Shown here: in pieces, positions 37,112 through 43,909 of the stretch
How the letters are laid out: each line of letters begins with the position of its first letter
Numbering within the stretch: position 1 is the stretch's first letter
Sequence record: OZ035764.1
From: Kagunavirus 536P11
DNA length: 44,422 nucleotides
Direction: 5' to 3' (one strand)
Translations under genes and position numbers: made by a program
Notes under the pieces: model-generated
Database searches by the model: none
The model's input: only the letters and a program-made list of their open reading frames with translations
Told to the model about the DNA's origin: nothing

Positions 37112-37349
37112 CTGAGCTTGTGAGATATCGCAAGCGACCGCGGAGCGGCAGGGAACGCAACGCGTGCCATTAGGCACTTGAGTGTAGTTCCGCTGGCGCT
37201 TTCGGAAGGGCCAAAGTCTATTGTTAATCCCGCCTAAATACCCAAGCCACTGATAATTAAAAGTTTCTATAGTTGCCGCAAGCAAGGTAGAGAGTACTTC
37301 ACTCCGCTGGGGTGGGCTAACGCCCACCCACTGCGTTGCGTACTCTTTT
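37112..37349 (+). ncRNA. candidate structured small RNA, copy B (boundaries approximate)
   Basis: shares three sequence blocks with copy A; hairpins GCTTG/CAAGC and GUGCC-AUUA-GGCAC (compensatory to copy A); terminal hairpin GGTGGGC/GCCCACC; no ORF conserved between copies. Confidence 0.4.
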
Positions 37350-37388
37350 AAGAAACGAAAGAATCACAACGGCATCGTAACTATTCTC

Positions 37389-37421
37389 TTGCACACCCCA
37401 ATATAATAGGATACTATTCAC
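37389..37421 (+). promoter_or_regulatory. early promoter with operator (TTGCAC-17-TACTAT, core AATAG-N4-CTATT)
   Basis: CACCCCAATATAATAGGATACTATTCACTTA, 29/31 identical to the minus-strand promoter at 14651-14682. Confidence 0.6.
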
Positions 37422-37451
37422 TTATCGGAACGAGACAGAGGAGTGAGGGTT

Positions 37452-37643
37452 ATGTTTAAGAAGGGTCAGTTGGCGAAAACGAAACGCGGCGGACAATATG
37501 TATTAGTGATACAGGACGAGAATAAGTATGACGAGGATAATCTTGTCGACGTATGGGGTCTGGTGAGAAAGAAAAACGGGTTCGCCTTTCGCGATAACCT
37601 GGAATTAATCGGCAACAATTTTAAATTCAAAGGGGCGAAGTGA
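37452..37643 (+). CDS. hypothetical small protein
   Basis: ATG 37452 with RBS GGAGTGAGGG; stop overlaps next start (TGATG). Confidence 0.5.
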   Translation: MFKKGQLAKTKRGGQYVLVIQDENKYDEDNLVDVWGLVRKKNGFAFRDNLELIGNNFKFKGAK

Positions 37644-37834
37644 TGGAAGAATTAATTTACGACGTATACGTCGACGGGGTTATCTCAGAGACGACAAGTA
37701 ATAAAGATTACGCAATAAAGTTGTATGTGTATTATGCCGCAGTGTTAGGAAGGATGGTAGAAGTGCGGGAGCGAACGGCATCGAATCATGAGGCGAAGAT
37801 ATACACAACGGCATCGGATAAAGAGGCGAAGTGA
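37643..37834 (+). CDS. hypothetical small protein with C-terminal RTASNHEAK motif
   Basis: coupled TGATG junctions at both ends; contains 22-nt repeat GAACGGCATCGAATCATGAGGC. Confidence 0.5.
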   Translation: MEELIYDVYVDGVISETTSNKDYAIKLYVYYAAVLGRMVEVRERTASNHEAKIYTTASDKEAK

Positions 37835-38037
37835 TGCAAGAATTATTTGAAGAACTGAAACATCATGAACTAGAAGAAGTGCATTTCATAATTGACCATT
37901 ACAAAGTCACTTTATTAGACGGTACAACCATTTCTTCAGGGGCAAGTGACGATTTGTTGAAATTTTTACTTTTACTACGAACGGCATCGAATCATGAGGC
38001 TCGTGCCGACGACTCTGAGGGAGGTTGCCGTGAATAA
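37834..38037 (+). CDS. hypothetical small protein with C-terminal RTASNHEAR motif
   Basis: second copy of the 22-nt repeat at 37979-38000. Confidence 0.5.
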   Translation: MQELFEELKHHELEEVHFIIDHYKVTLLDGTTISSGASDDLLKFLLLLRTASNHEARADDSEGGCRE

Positions 38038-38097
38038 TTACCCGTTCATTTTAATTGTCAGCGCCGTTTATGTGGTGCACGCGTTGTGGGGGTTGGT

Positions 38098-38298
38098 ATG
38101 AGTGTGTGGATTAAGTGTAGCGAGCAGGTTCCGTGCAGCGAGCCTGGCCGATGGTCAAAAGATGTTATCGCGCTAAGTGATACTGGGGATGTGTTTCGTC
38201 TGGCCTGTCAAGGTGAATACTGGCAAAGAACGTCAGCGTTTGTCGAATCCGGTTCCGAAAAAGTGGTTGCATGGGCGCCGTTACCCGAGGAGGACTAA
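38098..38298 (+). CDS. DUF551-like protein
   Basis: MSVWIKCSEQ...AWAPLPE; paralogous to 38449-38640. Confidence 0.55.
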   Translation: MSVWIKCSEQVPCSEPGRWSKDVIALSDTGDVFRLACQGEYWQRTSAFVESGSEKVVAWAPLPEED

Positions 38299-38301
38299 GT
38301 T

Positions 38302-38445
38302 ATGAGAGAAGCATTCGAACGGTGGGCCGTAGTCGAGGGTCTGCCGGTTAACAAGGGTTCGAAGAAAGAGTACCTGAACGTTAAGACGCGTCTCGCGTGG
38401 CGGGCGTGGAAAGCTGGTGTGCTGTTTATCGCGAATCAGAGGTGA
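38302..38445 (+). CDS. hypothetical small protein (47 aa, not in ORF track)
   Basis: RBS GAGGAGGA before ATG 38302; fills gap between the two DUF551-like genes. Confidence 0.4.
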   Translation: MREAFERWAVVEGLPVNKGSKKEYLNVKTRLAWRAWKAGVLFIANQR

Positions 38446-38448
38446 TTT

Positions 38449-38640
38449 ATGGGTGAGTGGATTAAGTGTAGTGAGCGGATGCCGGAAAAGCTTGATGATG
38501 TGCTGGTTACTGATGGCGAGCATGTCGAGGTTAAATGGTGGAACGGTAATATTTGGGGTTGTTGGTCACCGCGTAACTCAGATATTGGTTACAAAGATGT
38601 AACTCACTGGATGCCGTTACCGCAGCCGCCAGAATTGTGA
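38449..38640 (+). CDS. DUF551-like protein
   Basis: MGEWIKCSERMPEK...HWMPLPQPP. Confidence 0.55.
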   Translation: MGEWIKCSERMPEKLDDVLVTDGEHVEVKWWNGNIWGCWSPRNSDIGYKDVTHWMPLPQPPEL

Positions 38641-38682
38641 TGTTATATTGTAACAATAGTTTGAGATTTTACTGAGTGACTT

Positions 38683-38720
38683 ACGCTGCTACACAGCAGC
38701 GTATCATTTTTCTCATTTTT
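38683..38720 (+). terminator. intrinsic terminator (ACGCTGCT-ACAC-AGCAGCGT then T-rich tract)
   Basis: after DUF551-like gene stop. Confidence 0.6.
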
Positions 38721-38797
38721 GTTCTATTTCACGAAACGCAACAATCGAAGCGACTATTGCAGGAGATGCAACAATACACAACACCAATAAAATTTAC

Positions 38798-38830
38798 TTG
38801 CACACTAGGATAGAATAGGCTACTATTCAT
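38798..38830 (+). promoter_or_regulatory. early promoter with operator (TTGCAC-17-TACTAT, core AATAG-N4-CTATT)
   Basis: TTGCAC 38798-38803, TACTAT 38821-38826. Confidence 0.55.
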
Positions 38831-38857
38831 TTACACAAACGAGGGGGAGAGATAGAG

Positions 38858-38989
38858 ATGAAATACGAAATTTTAGACGTATTTGGATTAGCAAAGATTT
38901 ATGCGACACTCGGCTGGGTTATTGTTTGTGATGGGGACACAAAACGCGCCCACACTGAGGGTATTGAGGTGCAAGAAGATGAACAATAA
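38858..38989 (+). CDS. hypothetical small protein (43 aa, not in ORF track)
   Basis: RBS GAGGGGGAGAG before ATG 38858. Confidence 0.4.
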   Translation: MKYEILDVFGLAKIYATLGWVIVCDGDTKRAHTEGIEVQEDEQ

Positions 38990-39320
38990 AAACGAAGTAT
39001 TCGAGTACCTGATTGACCAGCTACGGCAGCAGGTAAATAACGACCAGTGCGAAGACCTGGCGCACGAGGTGTTGTCACTTAAGAATCAGTTACGTGATAC
39101 GTCGGAGCTGGTGGATGAGCTACTTGGGACAATAACGCTAATGAACGGGGATACGGTTGCCGTAAGGGAAATGCCCGCGAGTGCTGCCATAACTGGCGAT
39201 TCGTTAATGGCAAGGCTCCCGCCGTATGTATTAATTGCGGCGTGGCTAAATCCGGAGAGTGCAAACACGAGTGGGAGTATTATTACCCAAACGGCAGGCG
39301 TTGTACCAAATGCGGGGTGA
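38979..39320 (+). CDS. hypothetical protein; 3' part may continue in the -1 frame (Cys-rich, ending 39331)
   Basis: ATG 38979 with RBS GAGGTG; alternate frame 39119-39331 encodes a Cys-rich zinc-ribbon-like segment whose stop overlaps the next ATG. Confidence 0.4.
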   Translation: MNNKNEVFEYLIDQLRQQVNNDQCEDLAHEVLSLKNQLRDTSELVDELLGTITLMNGDTVAVREMPASAAITGDSLMARLPPYVLIAAWLNPESANTSGSIITQTAGVVPNAG

Positions 39321-39327
39321 TAAACTT

Positions 39328-39531
39328 ATGACCAGCATTCTTTTTATCTGGGTACTGTCCGCGGGCCAGATGCAACTCGCGGCATCAGAAACGTTTTACT
39401 CGATGGAGGCGTGCCAGTCGGCGGCACGCGCCGCAGAGAACGCGCACTTCCTGTTCCAGAGCGACAAGCCAAATGATTCAGAGGTACGCGCTATTTGCTC
39501 ACCTAAGCGACTTGGTAAACAGGAGAAGTGA
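39328..39531 (+). CDS. small secreted/membrane-like protein
   Basis: hydrophobic N-terminus MTSILFIWVLSA; ATG 39328 preferred over track start 39259. Confidence 0.45.
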   Translation: MTSILFIWVLSAGQMQLAASETFYSMEACQSAARAAENAHFLFQSDKPNDSEVRAICSPKRLGKQEK

Positions 39532-39533
39532 TT

Positions 39534-39800
39534 ATGGTACAGAGATATGAGTTATCGGAAAAATGGGGCCAGCCAGAGATGGCGAAGTATGACTACGGCG
39601 ACTATGTAGAGTACAACAGCTATAAGGAACTGGACGACTATTACCAGGAACGCATCGCCGATGCCAACGAGGAAATAGAGGTTCTCGTCGCAAGACTGGC
39701 GGAAGTAAACGCCGAGTTACAGAAATACAAAGACCAGTTCCCGGATTACGTCGAGTGTGCGAACTGTGGGTCAATTACACATGTGGAAGGGTTGGAGTAA
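39534..39800 (+). CDS. hypothetical protein
   Basis: ATG 39534 with RBS AGGAG preferred over track start 39528. Confidence 0.45.
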   Translation: MVQRYELSEKWGQPEMAKYDYGDYVEYNSYKELDDYYQERIADANEEIEVLVARLAEVNAELQKYKDQFPDYVECANCGSITHVEGLE

Positions 39801-40105
39801 TGATTGATGTGTATATCTATTGGAGCGGGATAGTTTTTAATTTTACCATTATCCCCGTGATTCTTTGGGTGCTTTGGTGTTTGGTACTGTTCCCCGCCGT
39901 AGAAGCCGTCAGCATGGCGCGGTACTACAGAAGAATCGGGAAAGTGCACGGGGTTAAAGTGCACAACTGGTTCAGGCTATTCCTCGCTAACTATGAGTTG
40001 TTCGGGCGCACATTCACGGCACAGCGGTGCTCTTACGGCTACTGGGAAGGGGTAGGGCAATGGGAAGTATTTCCTGCGGAGGCTGAAAATGAGCCTTGCA
40101 ACTGA
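39800..40105 (+). CDS. membrane protein
   Basis: hydrophobic N-terminal helix FNFTIIPVILWVLWCLVLFPA; ATG overlaps previous stop. Confidence 0.45.
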   Translation: MIDVYIYWSGIVFNFTIIPVILWVLWCLVLFPAVEAVSMARYYRRIGKVHGVKVHNWFRLFLANYELFGRTFTAQRCSYGYWEGVGQWEVFPAEAENEPCN

Positions 40106-40382
40106 CATCCTGAAACGAAGCGGCCTTGCGCCGCTGTCACCGAGAGCTAGAACACAGATATACAAGCGCCGCCATAACGCGCTGTACCCCGAGATTCAGG
40201 CCAGACGCAAAGCGGTCCGCGCCTGTGGATTCCAGAACGGGAAGGCCGTTAACCTCGGTGAGTTTAAAACACAGGAACGGGCAGCTATTGCGAACCGGCT
40301 ATTTAATTACTGGAAATCGCTGGGATACGATGATATTCCGACGAAACCACAGAGGCGACAATACATCTGGAGACATAAATAA
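40089..40382 (+). CDS. hypothetical basic protein
   Basis: 97 aa ORF with RBS GGAGG. Confidence 0.45.
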   Translation: MSLATDILKRSGLAPLSPRARTQIYKRRHNALYPEIQARRKAVRACGFQNGKAVNLGEFKTQERAAIANRLFNYWKSLGYDDIPTKPQRRQYIWRHK

Positions 40383-40457
40383 ACCGTTATTAGGATAATT
40401 CCTACCCGTGGTATCCTCCAGTTACTGCATACTTAATACGCACCTGGAGGATTCATC

Positions 40458-40766
40458 TTGGATAAATTTACTGAAACAGTGACAGGCTGGCTTCTCGCTG
40501 CCGCGCTAGCCGGAGGGGTAATCGGGCTAAGGCAACATAAGTCCGTTATTTCAGGCCCTATTGATGGCTTCTGCTTTATCGCAACTGGCTTCACTTGCGC
40601 CGTATTTGGCGCACCTCTCGCAGCTCAATGGTTTGGCATTACCGGTGAGCGTGAGATAGCTGGCCTCGGATTCATCCTCGCCATTCTCTGGATGCCTATC
40701 TATTCCCGCCTTTCTGGCATCGTATCGGGTGGCGATATTGCACGCCCGGGAGGACCGCATGACTGA
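40458..40766 (+). CDS. holin (multi-TM small membrane protein), TTG start
   Basis: three hydrophobic segments; GGAGG RBS 7 nt before TTG; directly upstream of endolysin. Confidence 0.55.
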   Translation: MDKFTETVTGWLLAAALAGGVIGLRQHKSVISGPIDGFCFIATGFTCAVFGAPLAAQWFGITGEREIAGLGFILAILWMPIYSRLSGIVSGGDIARPGGPHD

Positions 40767-41031
40767 GCTATTCTGGTTTGTCGTAATGCTGGCAATGGGC
40801 GCTTCGTCCCTGTTCAACGTGTATAATGAACGCGTGGACGACGGGCTATTTGGTCGGGTGCTCTATATCCTGACTGCTATTGTCTGCGCCGCCGGATGTA
40901 TCCACCTGTTACAAGGCAGCATGTCGCCTACGCTGCCTGAAACATTAATAACATTAGTTGCGCTGCGCCAGATTCGCCAGGCGTGGCTGTCGTACGGAGG
41001 ACATAAGCGTGTCTCGAAACATTTCAGATAA
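40759..41031 (+). CDS. second small membrane protein of lysis cassette (holin/antiholin-like)
   Basis: two TM segments; ATG overlaps holin stop (ATGACTGA); RBS GGGAGGA. Confidence 0.45.
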   Translation: MTELFWFVVMLAMGASSLFNVYNERVDDGLFGRVLYILTAIVCAAGCIHLLQGSMSPTLPETLITLVALRQIRQAWLSYGGHKRVSKHFR

Positions 41032-41497
41032 TGGGCTGCATTTTACCGCTGCGTTCGAGGGATTCCGTGGCACTGCGTACCGCGCTACGCCGAGTGAGAA
41101 GTACCTGACAATAGGCTACGGAAGCTACGGCCCCCATGTGTATGAAGGACAGAAGATTACACCGGGGCAGGGCCTCCTGTTACTGAATCGCGATATGGCT
41201 AAGGCGGTAGCTGCGGTTGACGCAGCAGCACACCATTCACTGGCACAGGCGCAGTTCGATGCAGTGTGCGACCTGGTGTATAACGCGGGTGCTGGTGTGA
41301 TTGCAGCTACTACAGGCACGGGTAAGGCGCTGCGTTCCGGTGATATTGCGACTCTGCGGGATAAGCTGGCACTGTTCATCAACCAGAACGGCAAACCGTT
41401 ACTCGGCCTGCGCCGTCGAACAGCGGGTCGTCTTGCATTGTTTGATGGCAAACCGTGGCAGGAGGCAGAGGCTATCGGACGCGCGGTGAAAGGTTGA
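41009..41497 (+). CDS. endolysin (lysozyme-like)
   Basis: lysozyme-like motif GLHFTAAFEGFRGTAYR...YLTIGYG; GTG start 41009 with RBS GGAGGA, overlapping previous gene. Confidence 0.6.
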   Translation: MSRNISDNGLHFTAAFEGFRGTAYRATPSEKYLTIGYGSYGPHVYEGQKITPGQGLLLLNRDMAKAVAAVDAAAHHSLAQAQFDAVCDLVYNAGAGVIAATTGTGKALRSGDIATLRDKLALFINQNGKPLLGLRRRTAGRLALFDGKPWQEAEAIGRAVKG

Positions 41498-41563
41498 CAC
41501 CTAAGACTAATCCGACGATACTTAAATCACCTCCTGTTCCATCCCTCTGCTCTCCAGTTTTAT

Positions 41564-41594
41564 CCCGGCCCTGACCCAGCCGGGATTTTTTTTA
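41564..41594 (+). terminator. intrinsic terminator (CCCGGC-N9-GCCGGG then T8)
   Basis: stem-loop followed by TTTTTTTT downstream of endolysin. Confidence 0.6.
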
Positions 41595-41614
41595 TCTATT
41601 TCTGCAATGACTAG

Positions 41615-41643
41615 TTGACTATTACCGTCGACCCTATTATATT
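41615..41643 (+). promoter_or_regulatory. sigma70-like promoter TTGACT-17-TATATT
   Basis: spacing 17; about 35 nt upstream of ATG 41678. Confidence 0.5.
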
Positions 41644-41677
41644 TACTCCATCGACAACGAGAACGGGGTAGAGAGAA

Positions 41678-41866
41678 ATGATGACTAAGATTAAGCATAC
41701 CGATAACTGGGGTGATTTCATGGAGATAGAGAAATGCCGTGACGGGACATTACTTATAATTTGTACAGACGGAGATACCGACGAATCAGTTAGTGTTAAC
41801 GTGAGTATGGATGATTTTATGATTATTGTTGAGCAAGTGGCGGCTTTTTACGGAGATGATAAATGA
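41678..41866 (+). CDS. hypothetical small protein
   Basis: 62 aa; first of a run of translationally coupled small ORFs. Confidence 0.45.
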   Translation: MMTKIKHTDNWGDFMEIEKCRDGTLLIICTDGDTDESVSVNVSMDDFMIIVEQVAAFYGDDK

Positions 41867-42012
41867 AAATCACAGATATCGAAGCATTCAAAGACGCACA
41901 ACTGATGGCGCGCATCGCCGTTAGTAACCTGAGCAACAGCATTCCCGCGGACGCGTTCTGGTTCGCTGCAATGCAGACACTGAAAGCAGCTTATGCAGGA
42001 GAGAAGAAATGA
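41863..42012 (+). CDS. hypothetical small protein (49 aa, not in ORF track)
   Basis: ATGA overlaps at both ends. Confidence 0.4.
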   Translation: MKITDIEAFKDAQLMARIAVSNLSNSIPADAFWFAAMQTLKAAYAGEKK

Positions 42013-42167
42013 GCGAACACGGTGAAGTAAGCCAACCCTTACGAGTAGGCCGTAAAGTCAGTCACACCCCGTTCCCGACACGCGAGGAACTGATGAAACG
42101 TAACAGTTTCCCGGGACCGGACAAGAACAAGTATCTCAATCGCATGTGGGGAGAGCGTAAAGAATGA
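42009..42167 (+). CDS. hypothetical small protein (52 aa, not in ORF track)
   Basis: ATGA overlaps at both ends. Confidence 0.4.
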   Translation: MSEHGEVSQPLRVGRKVSHTPFPTREELMKRNSFPGPDKNKYLNRMWGERKE

Positions 42168-42382
42168 AAAAGTATAAATTCATAATTGGTGACAATCTTA
42201 TGTATAACTCAACCCATTTGCGCCGTGTCCGTTGGTACAATCTACTATTTGTACGTGCAGGATTAGTTAACGTTATTGAGTGGGAGGGCATTGAGTCTGA
42301 CGTTAAGGTGGCGGAGGGTTTTGCGCGCTTGTACTTCAAGAAACGCGGCATGACACCGCATGTTATGGGGCACGAGTTATGA
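42164..42382 (+). CDS. hypothetical protein
   Basis: 72 aa ORF, coupled. Confidence 0.45.
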   Translation: MKKYKFIIGDNLMYNSTHLRRVRWYNLLFVRAGLVNVIEWEGIESDVKVAEGFARLYFKKRGMTPHVMGHEL

Positions 42383-42624
42383 CCGACCGTGAATACGAAA
42401 AGATGATGGTAGAGGCTGTTAACGGCGGCGTAGACATCGGTCGCGTGATGCACGTCCTGAATACTAAAATCGCGGTAGCGGAGCAAATGGTTGAGTCGCT
42501 CTATGAGACACGCCGTGAACTGATTAACCGCTTCAACCTGAACAAGTGCGAACATAAGTTCGACTACAATCCGAAAGATATGTGCGGCCAGTGTGTTAAA
42601 TGTGGGGTACAGAGACATGCCTAA
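42379..42624 (+). CDS. hypothetical protein with C-terminal CGQCVKCG motif
   Basis: 81 aa ORF. Confidence 0.45.
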   Translation: MTDREYEKMMVEAVNGGVDIGRVMHVLNTKIAVAEQMVESLYETRRELINRFNLNKCEHKFDYNPKDMCGQCVKCGVQRHA

Positions 42625-42820
42625 AATCACAATCGCATCACTCGAGCGCCGTATCCTGGTGCTTGAGTCTGAGAAACAGACGTTAGGCGGACAACTGTCA
42701 ATTAACGGTGAGTTTCAACTGGAGGCGTTTAAGTTGTTGCTCGTGAAATTGAAGGAAGAAGAGCAGAAGCTACTACTTTCCCCTGAGTTCGATTACGGTG
42801 TTGACGATGAAAGCGCCTGA
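42617..42820 (+). CDS. hypothetical coiled-coil protein
   Basis: ATG 42617 preferred over internal track start 42593. Confidence 0.4.
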   Translation: MPKITIASLERRILVLESEKQTLGGQLSINGEFQLEAFKLLLVKLKEEEQKLLLSPEFDYGVDDESA

Positions 42821-42989
42821 GCCAGTAGTTATCGATGACGTCCTGTGGAAACCTTACTCGGTTAACCACATCGACGCCGACGGGAAGAAGTTCAGCTTCT
42901 ACATTTTTGCAATTAGCCGTGAACACGCCGCTTGTGTGGTCGACGATATACGAGAAACGGCGTGGCTCGGTGATGAGATAGTGGGGTGA
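42807..42989 (+). CDS. hypothetical protein
   Basis: ATG 42807 (track start 42798 is GTG). Confidence 0.4.
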   Translation: MKAPEPVVIDDVLWKPYSVNHIDADGKKFSFYIFAISREHAACVVDDIRETAWLGDEIVG

Positions 42990-42993
42990 GAGT

Positions 42994-43224
42994 ATGTTTC
43001 ACGAACTAAAGATATTACCTGAGCATTTTGAACCTGTTATGGCAGGAATCAAGCTGGCGGAACTGCGATTAAACGACCGCGATTTCAAGGAAGACGACAC
43101 TCTGTGCCTGCGAGAATACGAAAACGGTGAATACACAGGCCGTATCGTTTACCGCCGCGTTATTCATGTTGCGGACGTAGGTGCTTACCTGCCTGGATAC
43201 GTGCTATTAAGTATGGAGGATTGA
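42994..43224 (+). CDS. hypothetical protein
   Basis: 76 aa ORF with RBS GTGGGGTGAG. Confidence 0.45.
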   Translation: MFHELKILPEHFEPVMAGIKLAELRLNDRDFKEDDTLCLREYENGEYTGRIVYRRVIHVADVGAYLPGYVLLSMED

Positions 43225-43226
43225 TT

Positions 43227-43397
43227 ATGTTCAGTGACATTAACGCAGCAATAGAAGAAGCAATCTGGCGCCGGTACAACGGCGATCAACAACGGCACTT
43301 CTGCCTGGTGCAGCGCGGTAACATGATTGCCGTAGTGCAGGACCGCGATAATAAATACCCAAATGCAATGTGGACGACGAGGGATTTCTTAGGATGA
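43227..43397 (+). CDS. hypothetical small protein (56 aa, not in ORF track)
   Basis: RBS GGAGGA; stop overlaps next ATG. Confidence 0.4.
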   Translation: MFSDINAAIEEAIWRRYNGDQQRHFCLVQRGNMIAVVQDRDNKYPNAMWTTRDFLG

Positions 43398-43630
43398 TTA
43401 CCAGCATTCCGAACCTGATTAAAGAATTTGGCACGATGGCCGAGACATGCCGACAAACCGGCCTCAACGAAATGACGATTGCGAAGTACAGTAAAGACGT
43501 TAACTGTGAGCGCCACGTAATTTATAACAACCGTCTCATGACGCACGTTAAGACAAGCCCTGTGTTATTCACCCGCCGGGGTATCACTAAAACTGAGCAA
43601 CGTATCGCACGAGAGGAGGGTGATGTATGA
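43394..43630 (+). CDS. hypothetical protein
   Basis: ATG 43394 (ATGA overlap) preferred over track start 43370. Confidence 0.4.
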   Translation: MITSIPNLIKEFGTMAETCRQTGLNEMTIAKYSKDVNCERHVIYNNRLMTHVKTSPVLFTRRGITKTEQRIAREEGDV

Positions 43631-43782
43631 AAAAGTTAACGGTGTACTGGAAGACAGGCGCTACATCAGAACTTGATGTTTTCAGCGTAACGCAATGTGA
43701 GAAGTTCTGGTACGCCGAAACATTCAACGGTGAAGTGAGAATCCCGTTAGCACTGGTAGACGGCGGAGATATCACCGGGTAA
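43627..43782 (+). CDS. hypothetical small protein (51 aa, not in ORF track)
   Basis: ATGA overlap with previous gene; followed by terminator. Confidence 0.4.
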   Translation: MKKLTVYWKTGATSELDVFSVTQCEKFWYAETFNGEVRIPLALVDGGDITG

Positions 43783-43792
43783 CCAACCATCA

Positions 43793-43815
43793 AGCCCTCT
43801 ACGGAGGGCTTTTCT
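43793..43815 (+). terminator. intrinsic terminator (AGCCCTC-TACG-GAGGGCT-TTTCT)
   Basis: right after stop at 43782. Confidence 0.65.
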
Positions 43816-43850
43816 GTACATCCAGCCCAATCCCCTTATATAATCCCTTT

Positions 43851-43892
43851 AGACGCGTAGGGCGCGTCTGATGCGCTCTGATGGTCAGACGC
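43851..43892 (+). promoter_or_regulatory. overlapping inverted repeats in terS leader
   Basis: AGACGCG/CGCGTCT (43851-43869) and GCGTCTGA/TCAGACGC (43864-43892) share the central arm; TATAAT at 43839-43844 upstream. Confidence 0.4.
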
Positions 43893-43909
43893 ATATGTCA
43901 GGGGGTTAT

